Assembly: GCA_907165135.1 (NCBI GenBank)
Contig: OU015566.1
Location: 13,268,001-13,332,000, forward strand
Direction of reading: 5' to 3'
Origin: Oikopleura dioica
Taxonomy: Eukaryota; Animalia; Chordata
DNA length: 64,000 nt
Position numbers and translations under genes: made by a program
Notes under the pieces: model-generated
Seen by the model: only the letters and a program-made list of their open reading frames with translations
Told to the model about the DNA's origin: nothing
Database searches by the model: none
Shown here: one piece after another, positions 11,901-23,770 of the stretch
Layout: every line of letters starts with the position of its first letter
Numbering within the stretch: position 1 is the stretch's first letter

Positions 11901-13002
11901 CAGCCAATTTTCTTGTCAAAGTTCATTTTCCCGACAGATTTTGAACTGGGAATGTCTGTGGAATTTACAGTAAAAATCCGATTTCGCCCGTGATTTGACA
12001 GTCACGTGGATTATTCCCGAAAGGTGCTAAATGTCTTTTTTGGCTGACCTGTGAGTTGCTCCATTTTGACATCGGAGGAGCAATTAGCCTTGGTGAGACA
12101 GTCCTCTTTGGGGATGAAAAATGTGAGTCTTTGTGAATTGTTCGATTCCCTTTTTTCAAACAGTACTTTAAATGTTATTTTTATTCTTCTCGACCTTCGA
12201 GAGCAATAATGAATGATTTAAACTACAGTAAGGAAAAGAGCCGATGTTTTTAAAAGAGACTTTAAATCTTAATCGAATCGGGAAACAAGAAGATTTGGAT
12301 CCTTTACCAATAATCTCATCATAAATTTGAAATTGACCTTATTTTTGAATCTAGTTAAAAATTGAACAATTCCTTGGGTCCACCCAAAACATCCGCAAAA
12401 ACATGGTCAATCTATAATCCATTGTCGATTCTTGGAGAGAGTCGAATGACTGCATTTTAGATTTCAACCTGTCGATTTATTTCATTGGGATAATTTGAGA
12501 ATTGGTCAGTCGTTTTAATCTTTTTCCTGAATGTAGAAACTTACGTTGACTTCTGCGGCTTTAATCTTTTAAAAAGCTCAAAAAGATATTATATATTACT
12601 AATTATAAAGAAAGGCATTTATTTTATACCCTCAGACAAATCTGAATAAGGGTATATCGCCCGCTAAAATGAGAACGCCAATTTTATTTTCGATTACAAT
12701 CTTAAGTATATAGCCTATGAAATTGAACTTAGGCGCGTTGAAAGCTCAATTTCATAGGCTATATCCTTAAAAATTATTCCGGATTCCATAGAAAATTTCC
12801 TTCATTTTTGAGCTTTTCCTTATCATGAGGCCTCAATTTCTTATCATACAGTTGAGGATTGTTAATTGTGTTGTACAAATTCGCCAGCTAGAATTTTCAT
12901 TTTGAATCTCTGATAAAAAAGTTTATTCAAAAGTTTCTCTTTTTTCACCTGATCGGCTAGAATGATTTTAATAAGAGAGAATTGAATAAGTTTCAAAATC
13001 AT
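8999..13002 (-). CDS. Glycine-receptor-like anion-selective Cys-loop ligand-gated ion channel subunit
   Basis: [26 protein letters not shown]; Cys-loop [13 protein letters not shown]; loop [14 protein letters not shown]|[27 protein letters not shown]; TM2 [13 protein letters not shown]; TM3 [20 protein letters not shown]; TM4 [20 protein letters not shown]. The putative signal exon [16 protein letters not shown] starts at 13002 (less certain). Confidence 0.92.
11089..11342. mobile_element. Palindromic MITE-like element in a GlyR intron
   Basis: Arms 11133-11191 and 11240-11298 are inverted repeats (54/59 by hand) that extend more loosely to 11089/11342. It contains four CCAAT/ATTGG motifs. 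No TSD recognised. Confidence 0.7.
12708..12764. repeat. Perfect 19-bp inverted repeat (hairpin) in a 5' intron of the GlyR gene
   Basis: ATATAGCCTATGAAATTGA (12708-12726) and TCAATTTCATAGGCTATAT (12746-12764) with a 19-nt spacer. Confidence 0.85.
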
Positions 13003-13496
13003 TTTAAAATAATTCAAAATTTTTGATGATAAAGAAAAATGATGAACTTCTTTCTTTTTGCTTGAAGACAAAAATGACAGGGCTGAAGGGGAGGGTTTTT
13101 GACGACTCGGGGGCGCCACTCTCGATTATTAGAGGAACTCAATTCTCGGACAATACTTATTGGCACCTCTTTCTTTCCAGAACTTTAGCGAAGCCCTTAA
13201 TTAATTGTTAGAGCAAGGAAATAAATAAAGTGCCTAAACAAGTTGTTTTATCGACCATAATTGAACATTTTTATGAACGTGTCTTGTCGACAAAAACAAC
13301 GTGCCTTTTCAAATCAAAAGCCATTGCAAATTAATCGGTTGTCGAACAAGCCCAGCTGTTATTTGATAACACGTCGGTCGCCACATAAAAACGAGCACTA
13401 GAATTTGAGCAATCCATTCCGAGTTTCGCAACCGGATCAAAAACCACTTTCTTACTTTTCTTTCTATATTTTTTTTTTCTCGAGAGTTTCTGAAAG

Positions 13497-14555
13497 ATGA
13501 AACTTTTTGGAGCTGTTCTTTGTGCTTTTGCTTCGGCGGCTGTGACTGATAGACAAGAAGAAGATATTTCAGGAACAGTGAGAAAAAATAAGAAAAAATT
13601 GAAATTTTCTTCCTTGATTTTGACTTTTATTATCATCAATTATTTGGGCATTTTTTTCACTTTCGCGACAGGATACATCGAAACCTTCAAAAAGTTCGAA
13701 ATGCGCTTGAGCCCTTCTCTCAAAGCCGAAATCGACGGCTGGATCACCGAAGCTGCAATGATCATCTCGACGCCCGGCATGATCCGAGCCCAAATCGTGC
13801 AAGAAATGCTCGCTGCTGGAAAAATTCTGCTCTTCCAAGTCTCCGAAAACCTCAACTCTCCTTCATCCCTTTTGAGAAAAAAGAACGACGACGATCAGGA
13901 TTGGAAATTTAGGGACTACGGTTGCTACTGTCATCCGACGCAGAAACTGATCAAGGATGCTAACTGGGCGATTCCAATGGGACATCCGGTTGATGAAATC
14001 GACTCTGAGTGCAGGTTTGTTCTTAAAATCATCCGCATTTGGCGCCAGAGAGGGCGAATTTACGCGCCAAATTCAAATTCAACGTTCTTTTTCAGACAAC
14101 TTTACCACGCCCATCAATGCCTAAAAGTCGACCACGGCATCGAATGCGAATCAACCAATCACTACTCCTGGGACATTGTCGATGGTCGCCCCTTCTGTGC
14201 CGATGCCGAGGGAACATGCGCGGGAGATCTTTGCCGACTCGACTTGGAATTCACAAGAAAGCTCATCGAGCTCGCCTCCGGCTGGGACTCCCAATATCAC
14301 AAGAACTTCGGCTTCGATCGCCGAGAAAACTGTCGACATACGTCTGCCCGCCCGGGTAGCGCCGGCTCTGGATCCTCATCTGATGGCCGTGGCTTCCTTT
14401 CGAGTGTAATGAACGACTCCAGCGGTGGCGTTGCCCTTCATCCCGAAGCTTCGAAGCTCCAGTGCTGTGGAATCGGACTGAAACGTCACGTGTTCCATAT
14501 CGATAGACAGCAATGTTGCGGATTTGAGACACGAGATATTGGAGAGTGTCTTTGA
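13497..14555 (+). CDS. Secreted phospholipase A2-fold protein, predicted catalytically inactive
   Basis: Signal peptide MKLFGAVLCAFASA. DYGCYC...GHPVDEIDSECR|QLYHAHQCL matches the sPLA2 YGCYC...PVDxxDxCC..HD..CY pattern, but without the His-Asp dyad. Two in-frame introns are likely: 13573-13671 (GA donor) and a GT-AG intron after SECR. Confidence 0.8.
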   Translation: MKLFGAVLCAFASAAVTDRQEEDISGTVRKNKKKLKFSSLILTFIIINYLGIFFTFATGYIETFKKFEMRLSPSLKAEIDGWITEAAMIISTPGMIRAQIVQEMLAAGKILLFQVSENLNSPSSLLRKKNDDDQDWKFRDYGCYCHPTQKLIKDANWAIPMGHPVDEIDSECRFVLKIIRIWRQRGRIYAPNSNSTFFFRQLYHAHQCLKVDHGIECESTNHYSWDIVDGRPFCADAEGTCAGDLCRLDLEFTRKLIELASGWDSQYHKNFGFDRRENCRHTSARPGSAGSGSSSDGRGFLSSVMNDSSGGVALHPEASKLQCCGIGLKRHVFHIDRQQCCGFETRDIGECL

Positions 14556-14635
14556 AACATGTAAAGACACGAATCTTCTTTTTTTTAATTGACATGTTGC
14601 GAATAAAAGTTCAAAACAACAATTTTCTGAGTTTC

Positions 14636-16889
14636 TTATTTTTGCGCAGTGACTTCGACAGGTTCATTAGAAATGAGCTCTAATTGTCTTGAAGATGGCT
14701 GTCGAGAGAGGAAATCGGCGATTTCGTTGTTGTTGATGAAGCCTGGTTGAACAAGCCGCCGGCAGATCTTGAAAAATAAACAGAATATTCAATATTGTTT
14801 TCAAATGAAACGAACCTTGTTGATTCCCCAAATCGAGAGGAGAATCCTGATTGGGATCAAATAAAGAACAAAGGTTATGATGAAGACAGCAGTCGAAAGC
14901 GTAGCGCTAGAAAATCCGATTTCCCAGTTCCAAGTGTTTTGAATCTTTTCGAGTACTTCTGCGATTCCTTCCAGGGTATCTTGAGCATTCCGCAGCGCTA
15001 GAAAAACATCGAAATAGAACATAAAATAGGAAAAAAGTACCATCTTTTGAGTCTTGAAGCAGCTTGAAGTCCTTGGCAGCGGAGGATTTTTTCTTGTCGA
15101 TTGAAAGAAGATCCGACTCTTCAGACCTTTTCTTGTGCGCGAATCTTTGCGAAATCAGGGCAGTAGCAAGAGCAAATGGGATCATCCAAAGCTCGAAGCA
15201 ATTGACGAAGATCAACCAGCCAATCAAAGTTGAGACGGACACTAGAGGGCGCTTCCAGTGTAGGATGTCGTCGATGTTTTGTTTGATTGCTTCCATATCA
15301 GGAGTGACGATGAAAGACTGAAAATCCAGCTCTTATTTTCGAAGAATAATGTTACCTTGATTCTAGTGACCAGTTTCGCCATTCTAACCAAGCTCACATC
15401 CTCTTTTGGATGCTCCCAAATCTTCGTTCTTTTCGGCATAAACATTTTCAAACCAGAAATGAAAGGGTTGAATTTGAAGTCGATCTCGAATTCCAATGTA
15501 CCGTCAGTCAGCCTTCCCTTGGCATCTTTCAGGTAGTAGTGGTAAGAGACTTTTGGTTTGAGCTTGTGAAGAGAGAGAAATAATTGGCCGAGAGATTCCT
15601 TCTTTCGACTGTCGATGAGCGATATTTCCACGAGATCGTGAGGATCATAAATATCCACGACAAATCGATCGCCCCAAATTGCCACTGAAATTTCGATAAC
15701 TGGCTTATTCTTGGGCCGTTTGATTACCTCCGCCAGAATCCTTGCTCGGAGTTGTCTCAAGCCGTTCATTTCCAAATCTTATTGATGCAATTACATCTCG
15801 CGAAGTTTTGAGCTTCGTCGCGCAAATGAGCATGATCGTCAATTTCCCGGTTTTCTGTGAATCTTTCATGATTTCAAATTGCTCCTGTTCAGATTTCTTT
15901 GCGCCAGTTTTTGAGATTGCGAGTTTCAATTCGCCAACTTTCGTCAGAGAACCTGCCCAAGTTCCTTAAATTAGGAGAATATGTTTTCAGGGAAAAGCTG
16001 ACAACACAAAATTTAAAACCTGAAAGAATCGATGCAGTCTTCATGTCAATATTCTTTGAGTTCACCTTATCCGACTGAATTTCCGTCAAACTCAACGAGC
16101 CTCTCGCCAAAACCGTCTTTCCATCAAGCAAAACCATCAGCAACTCATCCCCGTCTTCTTTGTAATGATTGATGTCTACATCCGTGCGAATCTCTCCAAT
16201 GGGTCCGTGAAACTTCACTGTTTTGGTTTTCACAGTTTGATTCTCTCCGTTTGAAATTTTGAGCGTCGCAGATTTTGGCTGTTTCTCTCCATTGTAAGAA
16301 ATGGTTTCTAGGCGGATGTGAATGATGGAGTCGAAGTTGGTGGAGGTTCTTTGACGTGGCTTTGGTGCTGGTTTCGTAGGATTGGTGTTGAAGGAGGTTC
16401 CTTTGATGACTTTTTCCTCGCAGCTGTCCATACTAAAATTGGCTTGAGTGGATGTAAAAAGAGACAAAAAAGCTACCTGGACATGCTCTCAGATTTTTGA
16501 ACAACAATTTGAGCGAGAATCGAGCACTCGAGGGTGAACTCAGCTGAGCTGAGCGTGAGCGCAGTGGGAGCCAAACTCGCAGCGGGACTCGCCAGCGGCA
16601 ATTTGAAACGGCAAAGCTCCTTATCTTTCACGAGCTTTTTCTGCTCAAAGAGAGTTAGGGTCAATTCCACCACATGGTCTGGGATTTCAAGCGTCGTAGG
16701 AGGTAGTTGAAGGTCGCTCGCGGATTTGTTCTTATGAAGGAATATTTTTAGGAAATCAAGGAAAAGTACCTTGAAAGATTTTGTATTTCCATAGTCGGTA
16801 AATGGGCTTTCAATCGATAAATATAAAATATCAGGCAGTGTTTTCTTCGATTTCAACGACACCAGATGCAAGTTGACTCTGTACTTCAT
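14636..16889 (-). CDS. MCTP: Multiple C2 and transmembrane domain protein (MCTP-like), divergent
   Basis: Three C2-like segments, then ILHWKRP...WLIFVNCFELWMIPF and the C-terminal block NAQDTLEGIAEVLEKIQNTWNW...LYLIPIRILLSIWGINK|ICRRL...NNNEIADFLSRQPS typical of MCTPs. The start codon is uncertain. Confidence 0.85.
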
Positions 16890-17195
16890 CTTCTCTTCTC
16901 TTTGTCAATATCAATATTATCTTCTTAGATTTATTATCCTGCTGCTCGTAAAGTGCGCTGAAACACTTGAATAGGCGCGTAGGTGGCGCTTTTTATAAAA
17001 ATTCTCTTTGAAACGTCAGAACTCCGGAATATCACTTTTCAAATTATTCCAAAAAAAGGAGGAGGGGCAGTTGAGATTATTTTTGCAGAGGTTTGAATAA
17101 TTGACACCCAATGATCCCTTTAGGCTACTAGAAAAGTGCACACTCACCCTGAATCATACTATTTTAGCGAAGCTCATTCTTTATTAACAGAAACA

Positions 17196-19544
17196 TCAAC
17201 TATAAGAAATCGACAGATAGTGCGCCTCAGTTATTTGTACAGCATCTCTTGGGAGCATCTCCGGTGTTTGATAAGCGACATTATCGCCCATGTAGTTCGC
17301 AAACATTTTCTTCACGCTTCCGTTAACCACATCTGAATATTTTTAAAGAGAGAACATTTCAGAAAGAGTTACCTAATTGCTCTCGAATTCTGTTGTCAAC
17401 AAATTTCATGTATCGTTCCCCTCTTTGTGGCTAAAAGAGTAAAGTCTGTTGTTGGAGAGATGAATTTTATTCACCTGATTTTGATTTATTCCAAGACGTT
17501 TTTCAAGCTCCAAATGCAAATCGCGCAGCAAATGCACATCGCAAGAAGTATCCATTGTTTGTCGAATGTCCTGTTCCGTCATGTTTTGGAATTGACTCTA
17601 AAACGAATGGCTACGTTATGGCTTTTTAGCTTCAAACTGACGTTTGGCTCAAAAACAGTCTTGTAGTAGGTATTTTGAAGATCCTTTGGTCCCGCTCGGT
17701 TCTTGTCCTGTCGGATGGTCTTCATTGATTCGGTCAGATTTGAAAGCTGCTCGTTGAGATCGTTCACTTCGCTCGGATGGATAGACTGAACAAAAAAATT
17801 CTTAAAAGTAGTTGTGATAATTATTTAACTAACGTAAAGTTCTTGTGTGAGTTCTAGCTGTTGTTTCTCGAGCACTTCGATGTTCTTCTTGATTTCACGA
17901 CCTTCGTCATTCCAGTTGTTAATCCTGTTGGTTAAGTCGACTCGCTGTCTTTTTTAAATTGAAAAAGTCAGAAATTTCAGAATTTTCAAAAATCGTCTTA
18001 GTATTTTGAAATTTTCCTGTTAACTTCGATGATAAGCTGTCTTCTCTTCTGGAAATCACAGAAACGAGTGTAATCAGAAGGGCCAAGTTTGACTGTTGTT
18101 GTCGGTCCAAAAGCTTGAGTTGCCACGAGACCTTCGTTTATCGCTAAAATTGGTTGAATTGATGAAAGAGAAAACGCCTTATTACCTCTGTTGATTATCC
18201 TGCTTTCTTCGTTCATCTGAGTGATAATTCGATTTGCGAACTCTACTTCTTGTTGGCGTTCTTTCTTCAATTTCTGGTATTGGACTTGATCTTCATCTAT
18301 TCTTGCGCCGTCAGTCTTGTGAGCGGCTTTTCGATTTTGAAGGCGAGTTAGATCTCGTTCAATAGTCAGGAGTTTCTGCCGAATTGCTCTTGCCCTTTCT
18401 ATTTCAGAAGGTCTTCTTTCTAGCGGTGGTCTGTTGGGTGCTGGACCAGTATTTCCAGGCTCTCCTGGTTGTCGGTATGTTCCTGGTGCTGGCTGCATTG
18501 TAACTGTAACTCGCTCAGGAGAAATACCCTGGCGTAGCTGCTCGTAAATTGGAAAGACGACTGGATGATTGAGCAAATCGCTAGCTGTTGGTCGAAAATG
18601 GAGATGGCTTTGATTAGGCATCATGTTTTCCTTCTGACGATCCTTGAAGCAGCTCTGGATGATCTGTGCAGCATGAGGACTACCTTGGATGGGCTGATAG
18701 ATTCTGTTTTTGATCTTGTAATAGATCTGCATCATATTTGGATCCATAAAGGGGCTCTTCAGCATGATCATTTCGTAGAGCAAAACTCCAAGCGACCAGA
18801 TATCGCAATCGACTCCGTATCGCTCTCCCATGCAAATTTCTGGCGGAAAATAAAGAGGAGTTCCAACCCCTAAAAAAGAAATTTCTCTATGACTAAATGA
18901 TTGCCGTCACGGCGTCACCTGAAAATGTTGATTGAACATCATCATTGAAACATCGCACAATGCCGAAATCTCCGAGCTTGCAAGTTTTTAGCCCTCTCAT
19001 AAAGAAAATGTTAAGAGGCTTGATATCTCGGTGAGCAATTTTCATTCCGTGGATGTATTCAATTGCCATTACAATTTGCGAAAACCAGACAAAAATATCT
19101 TCCTCTTTAAATCGGCGCCCTACGAAGTTTAATTTTGAAATCAAGGAAGAGAATCACCTTGGACACGAGTACTTTCGATCGCGTTTTGCAAGTCTCCGCC
19201 GTCGCAAAACTCCATGACGATTCTTACTTCTTTCGTTGTCCCTCCCCAGCCAGCGTTTTTAGATTCATATTCGTCAATGTAACGGACAATGAATTGATGA
19301 CTTAGCGACTTTAATATCTTTGCTTCTTCCCGTGCTAGCTGTACATCTTGGTCGTTTTTTGTTTTTATCAGTTTTATCACGCATTGCAAGTTATCTATAA
19401 ATCATTGAAAACGAATAAAGAAGGGAAAGTACCGTGTTTTCGTTGCGCTAAAACAGCCTTTCCAAATGCTCCTTTTCCAAGTTCTTTGATCTTTTTATAC
19501 TTTTGAGAAAATTCCGACGTAAAAACTGGAGTCTGAAATCCCAT
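17196..19544 (-). CDS. NIMA-related (NEK-family-like) Ser/Thr kinase with coiled-coil tail
   Basis: KELGKGAFGKAVL, VIKLIK...EEAKILKSLSHQFIVRY, IVMEFCDGGDL, WFSQIVMAIEYIH...HRDIKPLNIF...KLGDFGIVR, GTPLYFPPE, DIWSLGVLLYEM. The C-terminal exons were inferred by hand; TGA at 17196-17198 with AATAAA just downstream. Confidence 0.85.
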
Positions 19545-19722
19545 GCTTGCTACGTTAAATTTCTCTGCAATGTGGAAACCAGGGCCATTTCAGCGCCAAC
19601 GCGCCTCAGGCTAATATTTACAAAAGAAGGGAAAGCGAAGTCGTAATTTTCCCAATTGTAAATATGAGGAGTTCAGACTGTAAGATGACTAACGGACGCA
19701 AAAGATTGAACTACTCTTTTTA

Positions 19723-20870
19723 TTAAAATTCGAAATCAGAATAGGCAGCAACAGGTTTCTTGAGCATGGAAATTTCGTTTTGATAGTTTATCTTTGGGCT
19801 GTTTCTCAAGGATCGTGATTTGACGATCATATAAATCAAGTCGCAAACGATCAGAACAACGGAAATAACTTGCATGGCCAGGCAGTAGTGGAGAAAGATC
19901 GTCTTTTCATAGGCACGAGGGACGAAACACTTGACTATCGGATCTTGAGAGCATGCCGAGAAGGGTTCTTGACCAACAGTACACAGCCAGCTTGAGGAAG
20001 ATGAAGAATTATTAGTTTGCATAACAGAAAAACCTACGTTCTTGGAATGTGCCAGACTTCAGAAAAGGTCAGCTGCGCTTGTTCTTCCATTTCAAAGCCT
20101 ATTTTTAAATCCGCATTGGTCGTGATTCGTTGCAGGATGTAAATATTGTAGATGAAGAACACTTCCAGACCGAGTTTGATTACTGAACTTTCTGACGATC
20201 ATGTTCCTTTGAAAGCCTTACCAGAGAAAATATAATAACAGCTGATTACAATAGGATTCCAAATGACTTCCTCACTGTCACCTGTTATGTAATTGAATTG
20301 CTAGAAAAATAGAAAAATGCTTCGGAAAATCTTTTAGGACTTACAGAGACAGAGACATATCCGCTCAATTCTTCCTTTCTTTTACGGTAGTAATCATTCG
20401 AGAGGTATCTCCTATTCTTTCCAATCTCCAGTTCTACTTCGGCGATTTCGCGTTTGATCTTCGAGTTTTTCTCTTGTACGCTGAGAGTAATCCCCAAAAA
20501 CAAAAAGACTAAAACAACTCGTCAAAATCAAAAAAGAAACTTTGAAAACTAACTTGGAATCGAAATGAACAAAATCTGCATTTCCCAAAGACGACTGTGC
20601 GAAATCGGATGAAATCTATTGAAGCACTAGGAAAAAAGAAATCATTATCAGGTTATGAGTACGATTCTTACGATAGGTCGACAACCAGGTTGTTCTGTAA
20701 TGCACTTGAAATCTTGAGCGTCATTTTCAGTCGTATAACCATCGTAAATTGGTTCTCCGATCGCTTCTACTGCCAGCAATCGGAAGATGAACAACACGAT
20801 CAACCTTAAAATCTTCTAAGGCAAGAGACTTCCTGAGGTTTTCCGGCATAATTCATGCCGAGTCAGAGTA
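19723..20870 (-). CDS. Connexin (gap-junction protein), multi-exon; start codon not resolved
   Basis: LIVLFIFRLLAVEAIGEPIY...FKCITEQPGCRPI|CFNRFHPISHSRLWEMQILFISIP (TM1, EL1 with C-x6-C-x3-C, TM2) and WLCTVGQEPFSACSQDPIVKCFVPRAYEKTIFLHY (EL2, TM4). Confidence 0.88.
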
Positions 20871-21171
20871 GAGGAAAGATGTATTTCAAAAATGCCCGGA
20901 ATTACTTTTTGCTTTATTATTGTCTCAGACATTTTTTTGACATTTGTCTGTTAGAGAAAATTTGTCGTCCATACTAGTAGGCACTCATAAAAATGGTGAC
21001 ACCATGAATATCTTCAAGAAAAACTCTATTACTAACCCTAACCCAACGAATAAGATTGCTGTATTTTGCCTACCGGCCAATCAAAATCCTGTTCCATAAA
21101 ATTACTTCCATAAATTGTTTCAACCCTATTTTTATAATTTCTATTTAAAATTTATCATTTTCTTTTTCAAT

Positions 21172-21549
21172 TTACCATGCATATCCAAAAGGGGTAGTGT
21201 ACTTGATGATCTTTTCCGTTGCATCTGTCAGTAATTCCGCCGTTCCAGCAAAACCCATTTCAAATTCTCTCCTTCTTTCGAACTCGTTTTTTGTTAGTTT
21301 TCTAGTAGAGGAAAGTTTTGTATTTTCAAGCAACGATTTCAATGGGCACGGATTTGCTTCGTTTGAGATAAAAAGCGCGCAGATTTTTAAGCTTTCGATT
21401 GTTAATCGACAATTGTCGTATTTTTTCCTTCTCGAGCGTGAATTTATTGACGATGAATACGATTGAGCGGATTCAGAAAAGAAAAATGCACCGACATAAG
21501 AGGTCCTTCTTGAGTGTCTGAGACTCAACGACCGACCTTGAGAAAACAA
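21172..21549 (-). CDS. Uncharacterised ORF/exon between the connexin and sulfotransferase genes
   Basis: 125-codon open frame preceded by an AG acceptor and ending at a TG|GTAAAT donor. No recognisable motif; it could be UTR or an alternative exon. Confidence 0.25.
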   Translation of the reverse strand: MFSQGRSLSLRHSRRTSYVGAFFFSESAQSYSSSINSRSRRKKYDNCRLTIESLKICALFISNEANPCPLKSLLENTKLSSTRKLTKNEFERRREFEMGFAGTAELLTDATEKIIKYTTPFGYAW

Positions 21550-21589
21550 ACGATGATTTTTTGAAAAAGAAATTTATCAATTTAAAAAT

Positions 21590-23190
21590 TCAGCCAGAGT
21601 AAAAAGTTGGAAATGACAGGATATCTTCGAAGGTCGACTCTTCTGATATTTGGTTGTAGCCAAGAATCTCCATATTTGCAGAGCAAAAAGTCTGAAGCTC
21701 TTGAATTGAATCACTGTCGACTTCGTCAATCCAAGCAAGAGCCGTTTTCTTTGAGTCGCGACTTGTTTCAAAAGCACCTTAAAAAGTTATAAAAATTCCT
21801 CCTCAAAAACAAACCAGAGCTTGTGTCTTTTTCCCGAGTATTTTCTTTAATCCAGTTTTTGACCTTTTCTGTCAGTTCGAAGCCGGCAAAATGAAGAATT
21901 CTCTGGCTCTGACCCAATGGGCCCATAGCTACGTCCTCGTATCTGACTATCATGCTCCTTTCTTTCAGCCAGCTCGAAGAATTTCTTTCTGCCAAAAACT
22001 CGCTTGTATGAGTGCATACTTGTTTCGTAAGAGACTTGTGCAGTTTGGACAATTTTTCCTTGTCTTGCACCTCTGTTTTGTACATTTTCATCCTGCTTCC
22101 ATAAATGCCTCTTGGATCGCGAGCCAGAAAGATGATCTTCAAATCAATGTTGTTGTCCTCCGCCATTTGTTGAAGCCGCCCGACTTCGATGAATCGGATG
22201 CTTTTGATTACAGGAATGAGGGACTTGCATACTTTCGAGGCCAATTGAGCATCTACCAGGCCACAAACACTGTTGCACTGTGAAAGCTCTGTATCTCGAA
22301 AACAAAAGGGTTGAGCACAAAGCCTACGATGCTTCGATCGGAAGACGAAATTGCCTTGAGTGTCCAACTTGTCGTGAAGGTCCAAATCTTCGCTGAAGAC
22401 ATCGTAGGGAATGCTGAGGTCGTAGAGATCTGTGAAGTTGCATTTGAGATTTTTCGTTAGCAAGTCTAGCCGTAAATCGATAGTTCTTGGGGAAAAACCG
22501 GATTCGGAATATTCATGGAGCGGTTCGAAAATGTAGAAGGCATCGTCGTTGTTGTTGAATAATTCGCCGAGGAAGGTTGACCCGGATCGCATGAAGGTAA
22601 GGATCTAGGCATAAAAAAAATGAGTCTTGGAAAAAATACAAAAATAAGGAACATGAAAGGATCATTCAAAGTGCGATCTTAGCTTCAGAAACAACTTCTA
22701 ATGATAACCTACAGTTTCTCTTAGGTAGTACCAAATCCCGTCTATCATGTCCGAGTAGCCTCTTATCATGTCCTTGTTAGCAATTCACATGCCTTATCAG
22801 CGATTTCAATGCTTATCAGCTTCGAGTATTTTTGCCAATAAATTATTAGAGAATAATTTTAATTATTTGTTATATAATATAACTTATATTTGTGAATGCC
22901 CATTTCACCAACCACCACCGCATGATTTTGTTCTTCCTTCAAATTTTTCTATAAAAAATCGAACCTACCAAAATAGCTTTTTCTGGCTCTTTTTTGACTT
23001 CTTCATCAATTTTTTTCCTCTCAAGTTGTTTATTTGCCTCTTGAATCTTTTCGTTTTCAATATATGTTTCTTCAACCAGATTATCTTGCATAAAACGGTA
23101 TCTACCGGTATTCATGTCTCTTAGCGTTCGTATCAGCATGAAAAATGACAGACACAAGATTGACAATAGAATACCGTAAAATATTTCCAT
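21590..23190 (-). CDS. Golgi type II membrane carbohydrate sulfotransferase (CHST1/Gal/GlcNAc-6-O-sulfotransferase-like)
   Basis: N-terminal TM segment (MEIFYGILLSILCLSFFMLI), 5'-PSB motif TFMRSGSTFLGELF...YIFEPL, 3'-PB motif LARDPRGIYGSR, VRYEDVA, and terminal exon AFETSRDS...AWIDE...FCSANMEILGY. Confidence 0.9.
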
Positions 23191-23770
23191 CTTTCCAGGT
23201 TTTTTCTTGACTACAATTTCTCTCATTGTTTTAATAAAAAAGGTCTGTCAATTGATAAAAGGGGGCAGTGCACGGGGAACATGGACTTCTTTATTCCCTC
23301 AAGCAATTTCGACCACAAATATCAGGGAAAAGATCTTGTAGCAAAGAACTGCCTCAAGGAAAGCATCGCGTCAACCGCAATTTATAAATTTGACATGGTA
23401 CGATGATAAATACAGCTGAGTTGATTTTTTGAATAGTTTACTTTATTAAAATATTATTATTAAATACTGTTGAACATTTTTTGGTTGAAGAAGGAAAATG
23501 GTGCAGAGCTAGTTTTTGAGATAGTATTAGTGGCAGCATGCGGCATGCACGTTTGCATAAATAGATACTTAATGATAAGCGATATTCACAGTACAGTGGG
23601 TAGAATGTACAGTAAGGATTGGTGGCAGAAGAAGTGTCAAAGATATAATGCATTTTCGTCTAATTTTCAATTTCAAATTGGATATTTTTTCAATTGGGAG
23701 GTAGGCATTACTGTAACTGTTGATCATTTCGAGGCCAGCCTACGTAATTGACAATTAGCGTAGGCGGTTG

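Noticed and set aside
12450-12475. Apparent frameshift or stop in the GlyR N-terminal exon
   Set aside because: Resolved by a GA-AG intron (12450-12526) that restores [12 protein letters not shown], so not a pseudogene.
18870-18920. Apparent GC donor in the NEK activation loop
   Set aside because: Phase analysis shows a canonical GT donor (TCA G|GTGACG) giving STFSGVGTP.
21030-21046. TAACCCTAACCC telomere-like hexamers (also TTAGGG at about 55971)
   Set aside because: Only 1-2 units, which is expected by chance or as part of other elements.
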